A stretch of 64,000 bases of DNA from Eledone cirrhosa. Its lineage: Eukaryota. Below the pieces are notes generated by a model. The model saw only the letters and a list, made by a program, of their open reading frames with translations. It was not told where the DNA came from and did no database searches. The stretch spans positions 310,124,001-310,188,000 of the forward strand of contig OZ024741.1 in the NCBI GenBank assembly GCA_964016885.1, given 5' to 3'. The translations under genes and the position numbers were made by a program. Positions 1-13,320 of the stretch are shown one piece after another. Each line of letters begins with the position of its first letter. The first letter of the stretch is position 1.

Positions 1-57
1 CATAAAATTATATAAATTAACATATTTCTCCCCTTCTATTTTTTTTATATCTTGTAG

Positions 58-177
58 ACAAGTGAATTGAAAGCTAAAATGAGTCAATCTCCTGAAGATA
101 GTTTAACCAGTGCTGCATGGCATGCAGATGGCAAAGAATTTTTCACAGGAGGCACTAGAGGACAATTCTACCAATGT
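58..177 (+). CDS. WDR26: WDR26 internal coding exon ([40 protein letters not shown])
   Basis: Pyrimidine tract + AG at 56-57, GT at 178; 120 nt, phase 0/0. Translation matches the recalled WDR26 segment [39 protein letters not shown]. Upstream exons lie outside the window. Confidence 0.95.
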
Positions 178-708
178 GTATGCTATATTTTCTTCTTTCA
201 ATTTTGATATATACGCACACACATCAGCAGCATTACTTGACATTGGGCATGGTTTGGATGGGTTGGAGAGATTTGTTTACTATTTCCATATGCTTTTAAT
301 TAATTTTGAAACAATGAGCTTATTCATAAGAAATGTGCCAAACTCAAGACTCTTGGTATTTTGAATTGTGAATGTATAACAGTGGAGATATTACATTGTA
401 AACCTTTTGGATGTATGTATGTATTTATGAATCCATATCTCCTGTTGAATGGAGTTGTAGGGGTGCCATGATGATATATGGCATGTCATAGATATTTTAA
501 TGGAGCCCATTCTGAGCCCATTCTGACTCCAAGTCTGAAGACAATTTCTTCTGGAGAAATAGGAAGTAAGAGATGTAGAGAAAGGCTCACCCCAGTACTG
601 AACTGGTGCTTTTCTTTATCAACCTCAAAGGAATGCAAAGAGTTCTGTCTAATATTCTAATGACATTCATCACACTTCCCTTGGATATTATACTGTATAA
701 TCTATATA

Positions 709-830
709 GCATGTGACCTAATGGTTCGTGTTGGACTCATGAATATAAGGGTGTTGGTCCGATTCCTGGACTAGGTGGCACTTTGGGTTCTTGAGCAAGA
801 CACTTCATTTGATGTTGACTTTCATGATAG
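709..830 (+). mobile_element. Degenerate tRNA-derived CORE-type SINE in WDR26 intron
   Basis: A-box-like gacctaatggtt, B-box-like ggtccgattcc, then ttcttgagcaagacacttcattt; the same family is seen more intact at 35033-35175. Confidence 0.55.
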
Positions 831-1245
831 GAGTGGTGTCTCTATTATGAAAACACCCAAGAATCCTCCTGCAAGACGTAAACTCGTTGGACACCATCTA
901 AATCCGCATAGGTGAGATCTGATAAACTATTCGCACAATAAACATTTCCAGAAGATTTAATATCTATTCTCCACAGTTAGGTGAACTGAGGCATGTAGAA
1001 ATGCAATTTTCCCATCTCTATTTAATACTTATTCTCTACCCATTATTTGTTTCCCTTATCAATTTTCTTTTTGCTCACATCTGTCTAATATGAAGTAATG
1101 TTTCTTGTATACTTAATTTTGTGGCAATTATTATCTCCCTTTAGAAACAAATGCGCACTCACACACAGACATAAATAAGTACACACAAATACATATGCAC
1201 ATACGCATATTATAAAGTAAATGCTCTTGTTATTTGAACTTTCAG

Positions 1246-1391
1246 GATCAAGATGGTAATTTTTTTGATAATTGGGAAGGTGTTCGAGTCCAGTGCCTTG
1301 CATGTCAACACGATGGGAAAGCCGTTTTAGCTGCTGACACCCACAATAGAATAAGAGGCTACAATTTTGAAGATAAATCAGATTTTCATAT
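1246..1391 (+). CDS. WDR26: WDR26 coding exon ([48 protein letters not shown])
   Basis: ttcAG acceptor at 1244-1245, GTGAGT donor at 1392; WEGVRVQCL and [13 protein letters not shown] motifs of WDR26; ends in phase 2. Confidence 0.95.
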
Positions 1392-2194
1392 GTGAGTATT
1401 TCTCATGTTATTAATGGGAGCAAATTTCAATTGATGGGTGTGGGTAGTAGCATTGCATCATCATCATCATCATCGTTTGATGTTCATCTTCCACACTACC
1501 ATGGGTTTGAATACAGGCTGTTGAGAAAAATCCATTTCAGCAGTTGGATTAGTGGGTGCATTGGGTATGGTTGTATGATAGACAAATTGCTGAGATTGGA
1601 GGGTTTGTCCTATGGACTTTGTTACATGTCAGCCTCGTCTGCTACTATTTTGGCAACTGTCAGCAAACTGGAAGCATTCCAAGTCTTTTGAGCCATGGAG
1701 GAGAGATATTTCTTAGGAAAGACCCAAACATCATAGGCAACTTCAACTCTGCTGAACACAGTGTTGAAGATTTAGGCAAAGATGTTCACCAAGAGGCTGG
1801 CACTTGTTTGAAATGATTTAATTCAAGACATACAAACTTCTATAACAACAACCAATAGATCACCTCATGACAACCTCTATTTCATGCAATTCATTGTAGA
1901 CTGAGTTTGCACTAGATCTAGCTTCAGTGGGGCTGTGCTCAATTTAGATCAGCCCAAAGTATAGAACAGGCTTGATCATGGCTACCTGACAGCTGCCCTA
2001 AGAGCAGCTGTTTTTTGTCCCTTCTTTTAAGGTTAGAAAGAGTCATCTGTTTGGTGGACAAGCTAAATGGATATTTATTTACATCATGAAACATGAATGT
2101 GTTGAAACACATCTAAAGAATTCTGTCCTTTTTTGATAAGCAAATCTTAATTCATTAACTTCTAACCAACTGTTGACTTATATGCATTTTATTT

Positions 2195-2516
2195 AAGGTG
2201 GTAGTGCTGGTGCCATAATAAAAACACCCACTCCACTCTGTAATATGGTAGTACTAGTACCACAACAAAAGGCACTCGGGCAACCCTATAATGTGGTAGT
2301 ACTGGTGCCACAATAAAAAGCACCCAGTTTACCTTGTAAAATAGTAATGCCAGATTCATGATAAAATGCTCCCAGTACATGTTATAAAGTTGTTGGCATT
2401 AGGAAGACCATTCAGCCACACAAACTAAGTCAAAAACAGAGCATATAAGCAAGACATAGTCACCTAACCAGTCTAGCCCATGCAAGAATGGGAAATAGAC
2501 CTTAAACAATGATGAG
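2195..2516 (+). repeat. Interspersed SINE/LINE-tail-type repeat with ~48-bp internal tandem units
   Basis: Units gtggtagt.ctggtgcca.aataaaa.cacccag then gttggcattaggaag...cccatgc.ag.atgg...aaac.atgatga; related copies at ~13330-13515, 34820-34990 and 35200-35397. Confidence 0.6.
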
Positions 2517-2739
2517 AATTTGATTTATTTTTACTGCTATGACCATAGTGTCTCCTTCTAATGATTTCATAGGTCTGTTACTAAATACTATCTAAATCCA
2601 CTAAATACACCTTAAGAAATCAACTGTAGTTGTAAAATGTTAAGTGAATAAAAGCCGTAATGAATTGTTTTTGAAGTTTTACTTCTAGCTCTCTTAACCA
2701 TTTTTATTTTGACCTTTTTTTTTTTTTTGTCTTTTTCAG

Positions 2740-2818
2740 ATTACAAGAAGATCATCCTGTTATGTCCTTTACTTTAGATGAAACTGGAAAATTAGCGTTA
2801 TTAAATGTGGCAACTCAG
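2740..2818 (+). CDS. WDR26: WDR26 coding exon ([27 protein letters not shown])
   Basis: Long T tract + CAG acceptor (2737-2739), GTGAAT donor at 2819; phase-2 start matches the previous exon; QEDHP..SF and LALLNVATQ motifs. Confidence 0.95.
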
Positions 2819-3210
2819 GTGAATATTCCAATTACACTGATTCAGTATTTCAATTGAATATTGTTATTATATATGAATTATACCATAGCCTCAGAGCTTA
2901 TTTACACTTAGGGGAATTAAGCCATTGAGAATTAAGTCTTATAGCTAATGGAGCTAGAACTGTTGGGGGTTTATGAACTATCTGCATTCTATTTGGTTAA
3001 ACTAAACCTCTATCAGCTTGACCTGCTATTTCCTATACATTATACTAAACTTAAATTTTACACATCAGGTATATCCTGTATGGTGGTTGGCATATGGGAG
3101 GGCATCCAGACATAGAAACCATGCCAAATATGGAATGTAACCAGCATGATTGGCCTCTCAACCCATCTGGTCCTTGACCATGACAACCTGTCCAGCCCAT
3201 GGACTTGCAT

Positions 3211-3540
3211 GTATACATCATATCATATATCTTTGAAAAGATGTGAGGCTAACAGAGAACACCTCAATGACTCACATGTATATTATAACTTCCATATAAA
3301 AAGTTTGAAGCCTTGTGTAGCCCACAGAAAATACCTCAATAGCTTAGATATATTTAATATATCTTACATATAATACTTTTAAAAGATAGGTTCACAGAGT
3401 ACCTCAGTGACCCACATGTATATTATATCATATCTTACATATAATCATTTGAAAAGGTTTGGGGCCCCCAAAGAACACTTCAATGACCCACATGTATATT
3501 ATATCATACCTTACACATCAAAGTTTGAAATGGTGTGACC
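3211..3540. repeat. Intronic minisatellite, ~70-bp unit x ~4.5 (diverged)
   Basis: Recurring gtatattatatcatatcttacatat...tttgaaa...acacctcaatgacccacat at ~3211, 3278, 3350, 3418 and 3494. Confidence 0.7.
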
Positions 3541-3705
3541 CCACTCCCTGTTGCTAACCCCAGGCATAGATGCTTCTCTGTCTGGTTAAATTGGGATACT
3601 GCAATCTACTGGTGCTCTTCTACCTTTTACAGTTAGTAAAGTCAGTTTTTGAAATAAATTAAGAGGGAAAGAAAAAATTGTTTATTCTTTTTTTCACCTT
3701 TTTAG

Positions 3706-3835
3706 GGAGTCCATTTGTGGGATCTTAAAGATCGCTGCCTTCTTCGAAAATTTCAGGGTGTTACCCAGGGATTCTATACAATACATTCTTGTTTTGGAGG
3801 ATTAAATCAAGATTTCATTGCCAGTGGTAGTGAAG
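3706..3835 (+). CDS. WDR26: WDR26 coding exon ([43 protein letters not shown])
   Basis: tttAG acceptor at 3704-3705, GT donor at 3836; WD40 repeat nearly identical to recalled WDR26 [43 protein letters not shown]. Confidence 0.96.
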
Positions 3836-6169
3836 GTATTTTCAATTTAACTCCAGTTTCTAATTCATTGTTTTTTTTTTTGTTTTTTTTTTATTTTCTC
3901 ACTTTTTTAATTTAAAATGTTATGTTTGTGGCATATTTTAAAATTTTGTACAGCCAGTTTAGACCTGATAAGTTGTAGTTGTTGTTTAGTCCTAGTCAAG
4001 CAGACCTATGTATAATCATGATAACAGGCTTGTTGCTGATGTTGGTCAGCCCTGGTCAAGCAGACCTTTGTACAGCCTAGAACTGATAAAACTGTTGTTG
4101 TTTAGCTCTGGTCAGGTAGACTATGATCATAAATGTTCCAGACATAGCTATTTCTTTTTTAAAATGTTTTGTTCAGTTATAGTTTATGTAGAACTAATTA
4201 TCCAATGGTAGGGTGTGATTTGATAACAATTTAGCTGCTATTTACAAATGATTAGATAAACCATTGTTTATAGTTATCTGCATTGTGGCAACTATATTCT
4301 CAAATTTCAAGTTTCCCAATGCTTTGTAATTCAACCTAATGTTTTTCTAGATAAACACTTTAAAATAAACATCTTTGAATCATAGAACCATGGGCAGTTT
4401 TGAACCAGAATGGTCAAGTGGATTGCTAATGTTTAGGTCCAAATAAGGCCCAGTTGAGCAAAGCTAGACAAAATCATTTCAGCAATGATCATGTCTCCCC
4501 CCCCCCTTTTTTTTTCAGGTATGTTATACTGTTGTTATATTAGCTGATGTGTCCTTCCTATATTTTTAGCACAGTGGGGTGAAATTTGGAGAATTGGCTG
4601 TTATTTCTAGGAAGTGACAAACTATGTATAGGCTTTCTCACTGACCTGAGTGAAGTGTTAGACAAATTCATATGTGGAGAGTTAGCTTCCAAGAAATGCT
4701 GAGTGCATGTGAGCCAGGAAAATAATAAGGCATTGTTAGGTGATGAATGTAGTATACACAGCTGTGTTATGTATTTTATAATACATAACAAAAAAAACAG
4801 CCAAATATATGTTCTAACATAGTACTAGTTCACTGTGGAAAGCATTGATGGTAAAGTTGAATGAGTAAAGATGTGGATCATATATCAATGTTGTGAAAGT
4901 ATTGATAGTAAAGTTGAACCATTGACTTGGATAAGATATTTTGAGAACATATTTGTGCCTTGTAGTGAGGATAATTTAGGTGTGAAACAAATAGGGAGAT
5001 ACTGTATTTGCAAATTTGCAAACCTCTCCAACATTTCATAATGTTGTTATTACTATAGATCTAATTTATCTTTATAACTAACAACTAGTTATCGCTCTAC
5101 ATGGCTGAATATAATAAATCTAATCTGAGTTTTTCGAATATTAATAATAATATTTGATTCGTTTGCAATGATGCAAACAGCCTTTTTTATAAGCCAGTAT
5201 ATATGTCAGTAGAATAAGCCCCTCATTCTTGCTCTTGTGTTGGCATGCAAACAGAACTGCAGACACTAATGTTTCTTTAATAATAGGCATTTCAGTCATG
5301 GCAAGTGAACTGGTGTTGCCAGTAATGATGGCAACTTTTTAGAGTCCAGGATTGGTATACCAGGATTACTGCATATATGAACAATAATATAAACTGGAAA
5401 GTTTCCATTTTGATAAATGTATGGTTTACATACAAGAATCCCTATAGTTTGTTTTATTTCTAGGATATAATTACAGAAATTTTGTGTGTACAAGTGACAT
5501 ATAGGATCATGAGTAACTTTGGAGAAATAATTATTTAGCAGGACAAATGTAGGGTGAGAATCCAGGATCTTGTGATTGGAAAGCGAACTTCTTATTGTAG
5601 CAACATGACTGATATAGAAAATTCATTGTGTGTAAATTTTAAAGTGTTACAGATGAGGATATATACAAACCCATGTAGTATATAATTATAGTTGATAGTC
5701 TATCTAGGATTACCTTATCCATTGTGTCCTTCTTTTTTTAAAATGGTAGGGGGTGATTTGTGAGAATTTTAGATGTTATTTCTAACAAGTTGAGAAATCA
5801 TAGACTCCTGTTTGGCTCATTACTATTCTAGTTGTTTAGCTCTACTAGATCAGGGTAGGTACACTGTAGTCCTGCGTGTTATAAGAGACAACTAAATGGG
5901 TTAGTACCAAGAAGGGTATCTGGTTGTAAAACGTCTCTAAAAGGACCCCATGGTAAGTATGAAGTTTGTCATGAGGCCTGCAAAGCTAACCACTGCTTTG
6001 CTCATGAAGGTAACTATCTTAAAACACTTGTAGTAGTTGTAGGTCAGCTTTGATTGATCAAATCTACGATTAGATTTTCCTGATGTGACCATTCATTTTC
6101 AAGTTTTTTTTTTTTAAAATCTTTTTTCCTTGGTGCTGGTGATCATATTTTTTGAAATTTGTTTTCTAG

Positions 6170-6343
6170 ATCATAAAGTTTATATTTGGCACATTCGTAA
6201 AGAAGTTCCAATAACTGTGTTGGAGGGACATACTAGAACTGTCAACTGTGTACACTGGAATCCTAAAGTGCCTAGCATGTTGGCCAGTGTTTCAGATGAT
6301 GGCACAATTAGAATATGGGGACCTCTTGATAAAACCAAAAAAG
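6170..6343 (+). CDS. WDR26: WDR26 coding exon, last WD40 repeat ([58 protein letters not shown])
   Basis: ctAG acceptor at 6168-6169, GTAAAT donor at 6344; phase 1/1; [27 protein letters not shown] motif. Confidence 0.96.
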
Positions 6344-6599
6344 GTAAATTGTTTTTTTATGTTTTATTAATACTATTTTTATTGTGAATGTTGAATAAAA
6401 TACCCTTCAGTATTTGTTTGTGATTTTTACATTCTGAGTTCAAATCCTGTCATGGACAACTTTGCCTTTCATTTTTCTTGGATCAATAAAATATAGTACC
6501 AGACAAATAGAGGGGTTGATTTAATTTATTTCCTCTATCAAGATTGCTGGCATTTATGTCTTAATTAGAAACCATTATTGTTATTATTCTACTTGGAAT

Positions 6600-7460
6600 G
6601 AAGGCATTGAAAACAGTGTTAGAGAAGAGGATAAAGAAAAGTGAAGATTGATGAAATGCTCTTCAGATTTGTGTTATGAAGAGGAATGAGTGGTGTAATT
6701 TTTATTGAGAGAAACACAAGGAAGAATTTTTTTGATGTATTTTTTGATCTGGAAAAAGCTTTTGATATGATTCTATGTGAAGTAGTAACATTGGCATTGA
6801 GGGTGTTAAGGGATTATTAAATAATGTCATTTTACATTTAAATGTAAAATGTGTATGGTTGGGCTACAGATGGCGAACATGTTAAACTGGATCTTGGGGA
6901 GTGATGTGAAGATGGGAGGTGTGAAAATGTTTTGTTACCTAGGAGACATTAAATAGAGAAGGTGGATCAGACTCGGCAACAGTCGCTATAGTGAGGTGTG
7001 CATGGAAAAAGTTCTGAGAACTCGGTAGTGTGCTAATGAGGGGACTTGCTGAAACTGAAGGGAAAGGTGTTTACTGCATGTATGAGAAGTGCCATGATTT
7101 ATGGGAGTGAGACATAGAACAATAGAGAAGGCTGGCAAGAACAGAAATGAGAATGATTCAGTGAATGAGCAGAATATCACTCCATGAGAGGAAGACAATG
7201 AATTGCTGAGGATGATGGGAATAGTGCCAATGATGTATGTTGTGGGAAGAAATTGAATTAGATGATTGGGTCATGAGTTGAAGAAGGGTGAAAGTAACTG
7301 GGTGTGAGGAGTGATGAAAATGGATGTTGAAGACATGGCTAAAGATGGAGGAAAGCTTGATGATTAGTAAAGGGGTGGGGTGCAGATAATAGGACAAAAT
7401 GCTTTCCATGGGGCCTGCAAGGCTAACTCTTGCTTTAGCAGGGAAAATAACCTTAAAAAG
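6600..7460 (+). mobile_element. Highly degenerate RTE-clade LINE 3' fragment in last WDR26 intron
   Basis: Remnant FFDLEKAFD and V..FCYLGD RT motifs (~6740, ~6925) and an RTE-like 3' end; many stops and frameshifts. Confidence 0.65.
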
Positions 7461-7518
7461 CTTCTTGTTGGTATAATATTGTTATACTCATCAACTTTAT
7501 TCTTTTACATTTTTACAG

Positions 7519-7550
7519 ATAACGAATCTGGTCGAAGTACACCCGTATAA
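7519..7550 (+). CDS. WDR26: WDR26 terminal coding exon (DNESGRSTPV*)
   Basis: Pyrimidine-rich tract + acAG acceptor at 7517-7518; phase 1 matches the preceding donor; TAA at 7548-7550 followed by unique 3'UTR-like sequence. Confidence 0.8.
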
Positions 7551-8584
7551 TGAAGGATGAAGTATAAATGGTTATTCAAAAGAACAAAAAAATTTTCCAT
7601 TTTTTTACTCCTCCCACCTCCTCCTCCATTATTTGATAAGAAGCATTTATAACTAACACTGCTCCGCTTCCTTCAGCTCTCCCATTTGATCATAACTTAA
7701 GAACACGAGTGTGGATTTAGTAAAAGTGCAAATAGCCCCCTCCTCTCTATCAACTGTTTGTGGGGTGCCTTTTGCTGTAAAGGAGTATGATTTAAACTTC
7801 CTAATTTTAAAAAAATTTTAAATCTGGAAAGGTAACATGTACAAGTTTTTTTTTTTTAAAGACATAAAATTCACAGCAACCGCAGCAGTGACACACAAAC
7901 ATACATACATGCCAAAAACTTCTTATACAACACAACAAAATATGGAACAAAATTTAAAAAATATTCCTTTAACAATTTTTTTTTACTTCCCCTTCATCAT
8001 TTGAATTTGAGCTTCTTAGCTCTGTCGGATCCTGTACTGTGAGCCCTGCCTCCTCCAAAAAGTCAACTTGTGATGTTGGCGTGAGGACTTTTTGAAAGTG
8101 ACATTACCACAACTACAGCCAACACCAGAACCACAACCAATAATGATATCGACAAAAACAATAAAAAAAAATAAACAATACTAAACTGACCAATAAAATT
8201 GACCAAGCAAGAAGGGCAGACACACTAAAAAAAAATGTGAAAATTGCCACATAGCATCACCATCTTGCCCACTTCCAATAAATAAAACACAGCAACAACT
8301 ACTATAACAAATTGCCACCCACCACTACCAGTCTGCCCACAATATAGCAACAACAAACATAACACAAAAGAAATATATATATATAGAGAGAGAGAGAGAA
8401 AGGAAAAAAAAAACTGACAAAAATTCCTCTCCCTCCACCTGTCTGCTGCCAGGAAGAAATTCAACACCACCACCACCACTGAAACAAAAACAAACTGTCA
8501 TTTGTTATCTCTTTGAAATTTGGCCAGGATTTTGAATGGAAGTGTTTTCTTAAAGTGAAGATGGGGTTTGTGGGTTGGGAAGGG

Positions 8585-8587
<3 letters not shown>

Positions 8588-8652
<65 letters not shown>

Positions 8653-8924
8653 GTATATATATATATATGTATATTTATGTATGTGTGTATATATATATAT
8701 ATGTTTTCTTAAAATGAAGGTGGGAAGGATATGGGGATATATACACATGTATATATATATGTTGTGTGTGTATGTATATAAATATATATACATAAACATA
8801 AATGTATATATATATATATATATGTGTGTATATAATATGTGTATATGTATGTGTGTATATATGTACATATATATATACATATGTGTGTGTATATGTATGT
8901 GTTTATATATGTACATATATATAC

Positions 8925-8955
<31 letters not shown>

Positions 8956-9684
8956 AATGCATATATATATATGTATGTGTGTATACATATGTATGTAGAC
9001 CTATGTAATATACATACATGCATACACACACATACATTAGGCTATATATATGTGTATATTAACATATATAAAAGGAAAATAATTTCCTGTTTTTACAAAC
9101 TTACATGAAAAAAAATGGAAATAAATGAAGAATGCAAACAATATAAAAAAAAACAATTTAATACCCACCCCCCTCAACAGATGTGGGGTGGGGGACAGAA
9201 GTAGTGATTGGAGAAGAGAAAAAAAAAGAAAATGAATTTATTGTGGAGTGAACGAAGGCTTTTTGGTCTTTTCTTTCTTTTGATAATCTATTCTGTCCCC
9301 ACTTGTGATATTTGCATAATGATTTCATCATGTCACCTGCAAAAAACACTTGACACATCATACACACAGACATATACTTACACACTGATGCATACACATA
9401 TATATATAGAAACAACGATCTCAACTGCTAAACTAATTGTTCAATTTCATGCTCTCTATCTCTGGCATACTCTCTCTCTTTTTTGCTTGTGTGCTCTCTC
9501 TCCTCTCACATTTTCTCATTCTCATATTTCTTTCTTTTTTCACTGAGTATGTGTGCGTATATATATATATATATATATATATACAAGTTAAAACAATGCA
9601 GACTAGACCCCATAACTAACTGTCGATAATTCTGTGTGTATATATACATATATATACATATATATACACTATATATAGGTAGGT

Positions 9685-9722
<38 letters not shown>

Positions 9723-9800
9723 ATATATATATATATATATACTATATGTAGGTAGGTGTGTGTGTGTGTATATGTATATATGCACACAAATATACTCAGA
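8588..9800. repeat. Compound (TA)n/(TG)n microsatellites downstream of the WDR26 stop
   Basis: Long pure (TA)n at 8588-8650 plus mixed TA/TG tracts to ~9060 and at 9550-9790; they account for the YIYI/CVCV pseudo-ORFs. Confidence 0.95.
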
Positions 9801-10804
9801 TAGACGTGCACACTCACACCCACATACAGACAGATTAGCATTTGATTGAGTGCTTAAGTAATTTGCTTTGTAATCATGCAGTAACGTGCTATGTTTGGGG
9901 CCCACTGCTTTGGATCTTATGCAAGTATCTTCTACCTTAGCCTTGAGTCAAACCAAGCTTTAAAGGGAAATTGGTTAGTTGGAAACCGGAAGTTCATAGG
10001 ATAGAGGATTATACCTTGAAATTCAAAGAGCCAGTTTTGTCCTACATATTTTGTTTTGGGGTTATATTAAGAGAATAAATGCTGTGTAATACTTAGCCAT
10101 TTATGTGATAATTCAAGTATGTAGGCATTTGGGTTGATAGGATAACTGAAATATACATAGAAACTGAAAGTTCCATCATATGTATCTGTGTGTGTGTATA
10201 TAAATATTACATACATATATTTACAATAGGGCATCCAGCTGTAGAAATCAAGCCAGAATCAGTTCGCGTCCCACTCTTGCAAGCAGGGAAAAAGCGGACG
10301 TAAAATGAAATGAAATTAATGAAATGTGTGTGTGTATAGACACACACACACACATATATATGTGCGTTAAACAATGAAAGAATAAGAAAAATCGTTGCGA
10401 GGTAATTAGTTAATCCATGTTTTACGATCGTTTCAGAGAGCAAAAGTGCCAATGTGCAGACTAATCAATGGTAGTTATGTAACTCCATTTCATTAGCCTC
10501 GATAAAGCACGTCTACTCTGCTGTTGTTTCTCAGACACAATGTATTTGTCTCGTCTCTTTGCATTCAACATCGCAGGCAGTAATATTTGTTTTGTGTAAG
10601 CAGAGATCTAGCTGCTCAGCACTTATACATGGAGAGATCCATACCTTGCTTTAAAAAAAAACATAAGTGTTGGCATCGGGAAAGTCATCCAAAGAATTCT
10701 GTTTCAAAAATGTTGTCTAATTCATGCCAACATGGAAAAATATGTAAAACTGATGTTGACACACATAAATACACACACGTGTGTGTGTGTGTATTTATGT
10801 ATGT

Positions 10805-11040
10805 AGAGTTGGAAAATGACTTTGACAGTACTGTGATTTGTTAACTTGTGGCTCTTAAGGAAACTAGGTGTAGATGAGTGGCTTGTACTGAGGAGAAGTC
10901 AGCAAAGTGAGAGTAGCTAATGAGCTTAGTGAAAAACTCAATGTGCAGGTAGGTGTTCATCAGAGCTTTGTCCTTTGCTCCCTCTTGTTATATATATAGC
11001 TCCAGGCTATAACAAGAATTTAAGACTGGCTGCCGTTGAG
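10805..11040 (+). mobile_element. RTE LINE RT fragment (degenerate)
   Basis: Translates approximately as ELENDFD...WLLRKLGVDEWL and QVGVHQSFVLCSLL (the GVxQGxxLSPLLF RT motif region). Confidence 0.55.
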
Positions 11041-12889
11041 TGAAGATGTGCCAAGAGATCCCAGTGAAGGGAAGCTATTTGTTTTCATGTTATCCATGAA
11101 TAAGTCAGATTGTTAATACAGAATTAGAATTTCGTTTTTCGCTCTATCATAGCGGATATGTAAATGCATTTGTGAATTTGATTTCGAATGATAACAATAT
11201 TTGATTCATTTGCAAGCAAACAGCCTCATTACGCTATGTTTTACAGATGACCATTGCCATCCTTTTGTTCTAGCGGTGACAGAGAGAAACATTCTCTGCA
11301 AGTTAGGACTGTTACCTATTCTTTTATTAAGCCTCCACTCCTCTCTCTCTCTCTCTTTCCTTCTTTGCTTCCATTGCAATGTGTACACACACACACACAC
11401 TTTCCCTTTTTTCCTTCCTTGCTTCTTTCTTTCCTTCCTCTCTTGCTTCTTTCTTTCCTTCCTCTCTTGCTTCTTTCTGTCTCTCTATGGTGAAACTCTT
11501 ACTTCTCTCAATACTACAGCTACACACCACTTGAACAACACAAATATTACTGACAGAATTAATACCTTTACTTCTCCACAGGATTTTATAATGTGATTCA
11601 ACTGATCAGGTTATCATCCTCATCCCTACTGTGTCACTTGATCACATATATATATGTATATATATATATGCACACATAGACGTGTTTTTACTCAGCATTT
11701 AATTGGGAACAAAAATATCTAAAAAGTATATATATTTCTCTCTATATCTGTTTTGCAGTCTCTCTCTTTCACCCCCTTTCTTTCTCCTATCTCTTTCTCC
11801 CCCCTCTCTCCTCTCTCCACACACGTTTATTTCATTCTCTCTCTCTACTATTTTTCTCTAGCTACTTTGTCTTTATCTGTTTCTCTCCCTCTCCCTCTTA
11901 TCCTTATATTGGTTAGGTTGTTGTTTAGTCCCAAATTAACCCTGATTGAGCAGATCTCTGATCAGTGTCATTCCAGCTGTGGCCATCTCTAAATATTATT
12001 TAATGTCCTGTTTTTAAAAAAAGTGTTTATATTGTAACTTGAGGGAGATAAGGCTGCTATTTTTAACACGTAGAGTAAATATGTAGAGGCTCCTTTGTCA
12101 GCTCATATGCCTGGCAGTATGTACTTCCATCTGCCTGTGTGTATGGGGGGAGGGGAGTTCAAATGACACAAAAGCTGGGGGGGGGGGTCCTCTTTTATGT
12201 CTTGGGTTGATAAACTAAGTACCAGTTATAAATTGGTAAGAATATCAAACTAATTATTGGGTAGATACAGTGAAAGCATGTGAGTAAGTAATTGGGGTAT
12301 TGGACTCTATCATAAAGTCATTACAGAATTGGGCAGCATGTGTTCTTGAGTAAGACATTTCATTTCATATTGCTTGGGAACACTATCATTAACTCTTTTG
12401 ACACCAACCTGCTTCTGTTTCTATGAAATAAAACCACCCATTTTAAAGGATTCCTATTTAAATTAAAAGCTTCCAACATAATTTGACATGAGAACTAATT
12501 ATGTTACAAGTGACATCTAATAATTTTAATGATTCTTTCCAAATTCTTAATTCACCATCATCATCATTGTTGTTTTAACTCTCTGCTTAGAAGTATGGAA
12601 ATGAAAGGGTTAAAATACACAAATTTCTTATGTGATTTAAATTTGTATGAGGTCAGTTGAACCTGCATAAGAGTAAGCTGTAGCATTTCATTTTATTTTT
12701 ATTTTTCAGATAGATACACCATCCATACTTATGTAGGTTTGTGTCAATGCAAGAAATCTGATTCAAGTTATGGGTTAACCCCACCTAAAGTTCACTTAAA
12801 TACTCTGTTGGAGAAAGTTCAATCAGCCTCACTATGCCACCTTTCTTGTTCAGAAAGGTATGAACATTACAATATCATTCCCTTTCTTT

Positions 12890-13320
12890 GTGGATTAGCA
12901 GAATTGTTAGAGCAGCAGACAAAATACCTTGCTGTATTTATTTTGACTCTTTATGTTCTGTCTGCAAATCCCTCCATGGTCAACTTTACTTTTCGTCCCT
13001 TAGAAGTTGATAAATGAAGTACCAGTTGAGTACTGGGGTTGGTTTAACTTTCCTCCTTCTCCGAAAATGCCGGCCTTGTGCCTAAATTAGAAACCAAGGG
13101 TGGTGAATTGTCAGAATTTTTAGAGCATTGGACAAAATGCCTTAAGGTATTTGTTCTGACTCTTTACATTCTGAGATCAAATCTAGCTGAAGTCAACTTT
13201 ACTTTTCATCCTTCCAGGGTTGATAAAAATTAAGTACCAGATATGTACTGGAATAGATTTTATCAACTTCCCCTCTACTCAAATTATTAGCCTTGTGTGT
13301 ATTGGTAATCATCATTATTC
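12890..13320 (+). mobile_element. Two tandem copies of a tRNA-derived SINE (octopus-type)
   Basis: Each ~210 bp: agcagaattgttagagc...ttctgagttcaaat (B-box)...tcaactttacttttcatcc...gttgataaa..aagtaccag...ggccttgtgcctaaattagaa. Further copies at ~6400-6580, 14175-14390, 16315-16560, and inverted at 17270-17560 and 49750-49855. Confidence 0.75.

Noticed and set aside
110-364. ORF-track entry 110-364 as a stand-alone gene
   Set aside because: It overlaps the WDR26 exon in a different frame and runs into intron sequence.
8461-9905. Many overlapping ORFs rich in Y/I/C/V/H/T
   Set aside because: Translations of (TA)n/(TG)n microsatellites; the same applies at 32091-32356, 36117-36353, 49029-49428 and 51169-51561.
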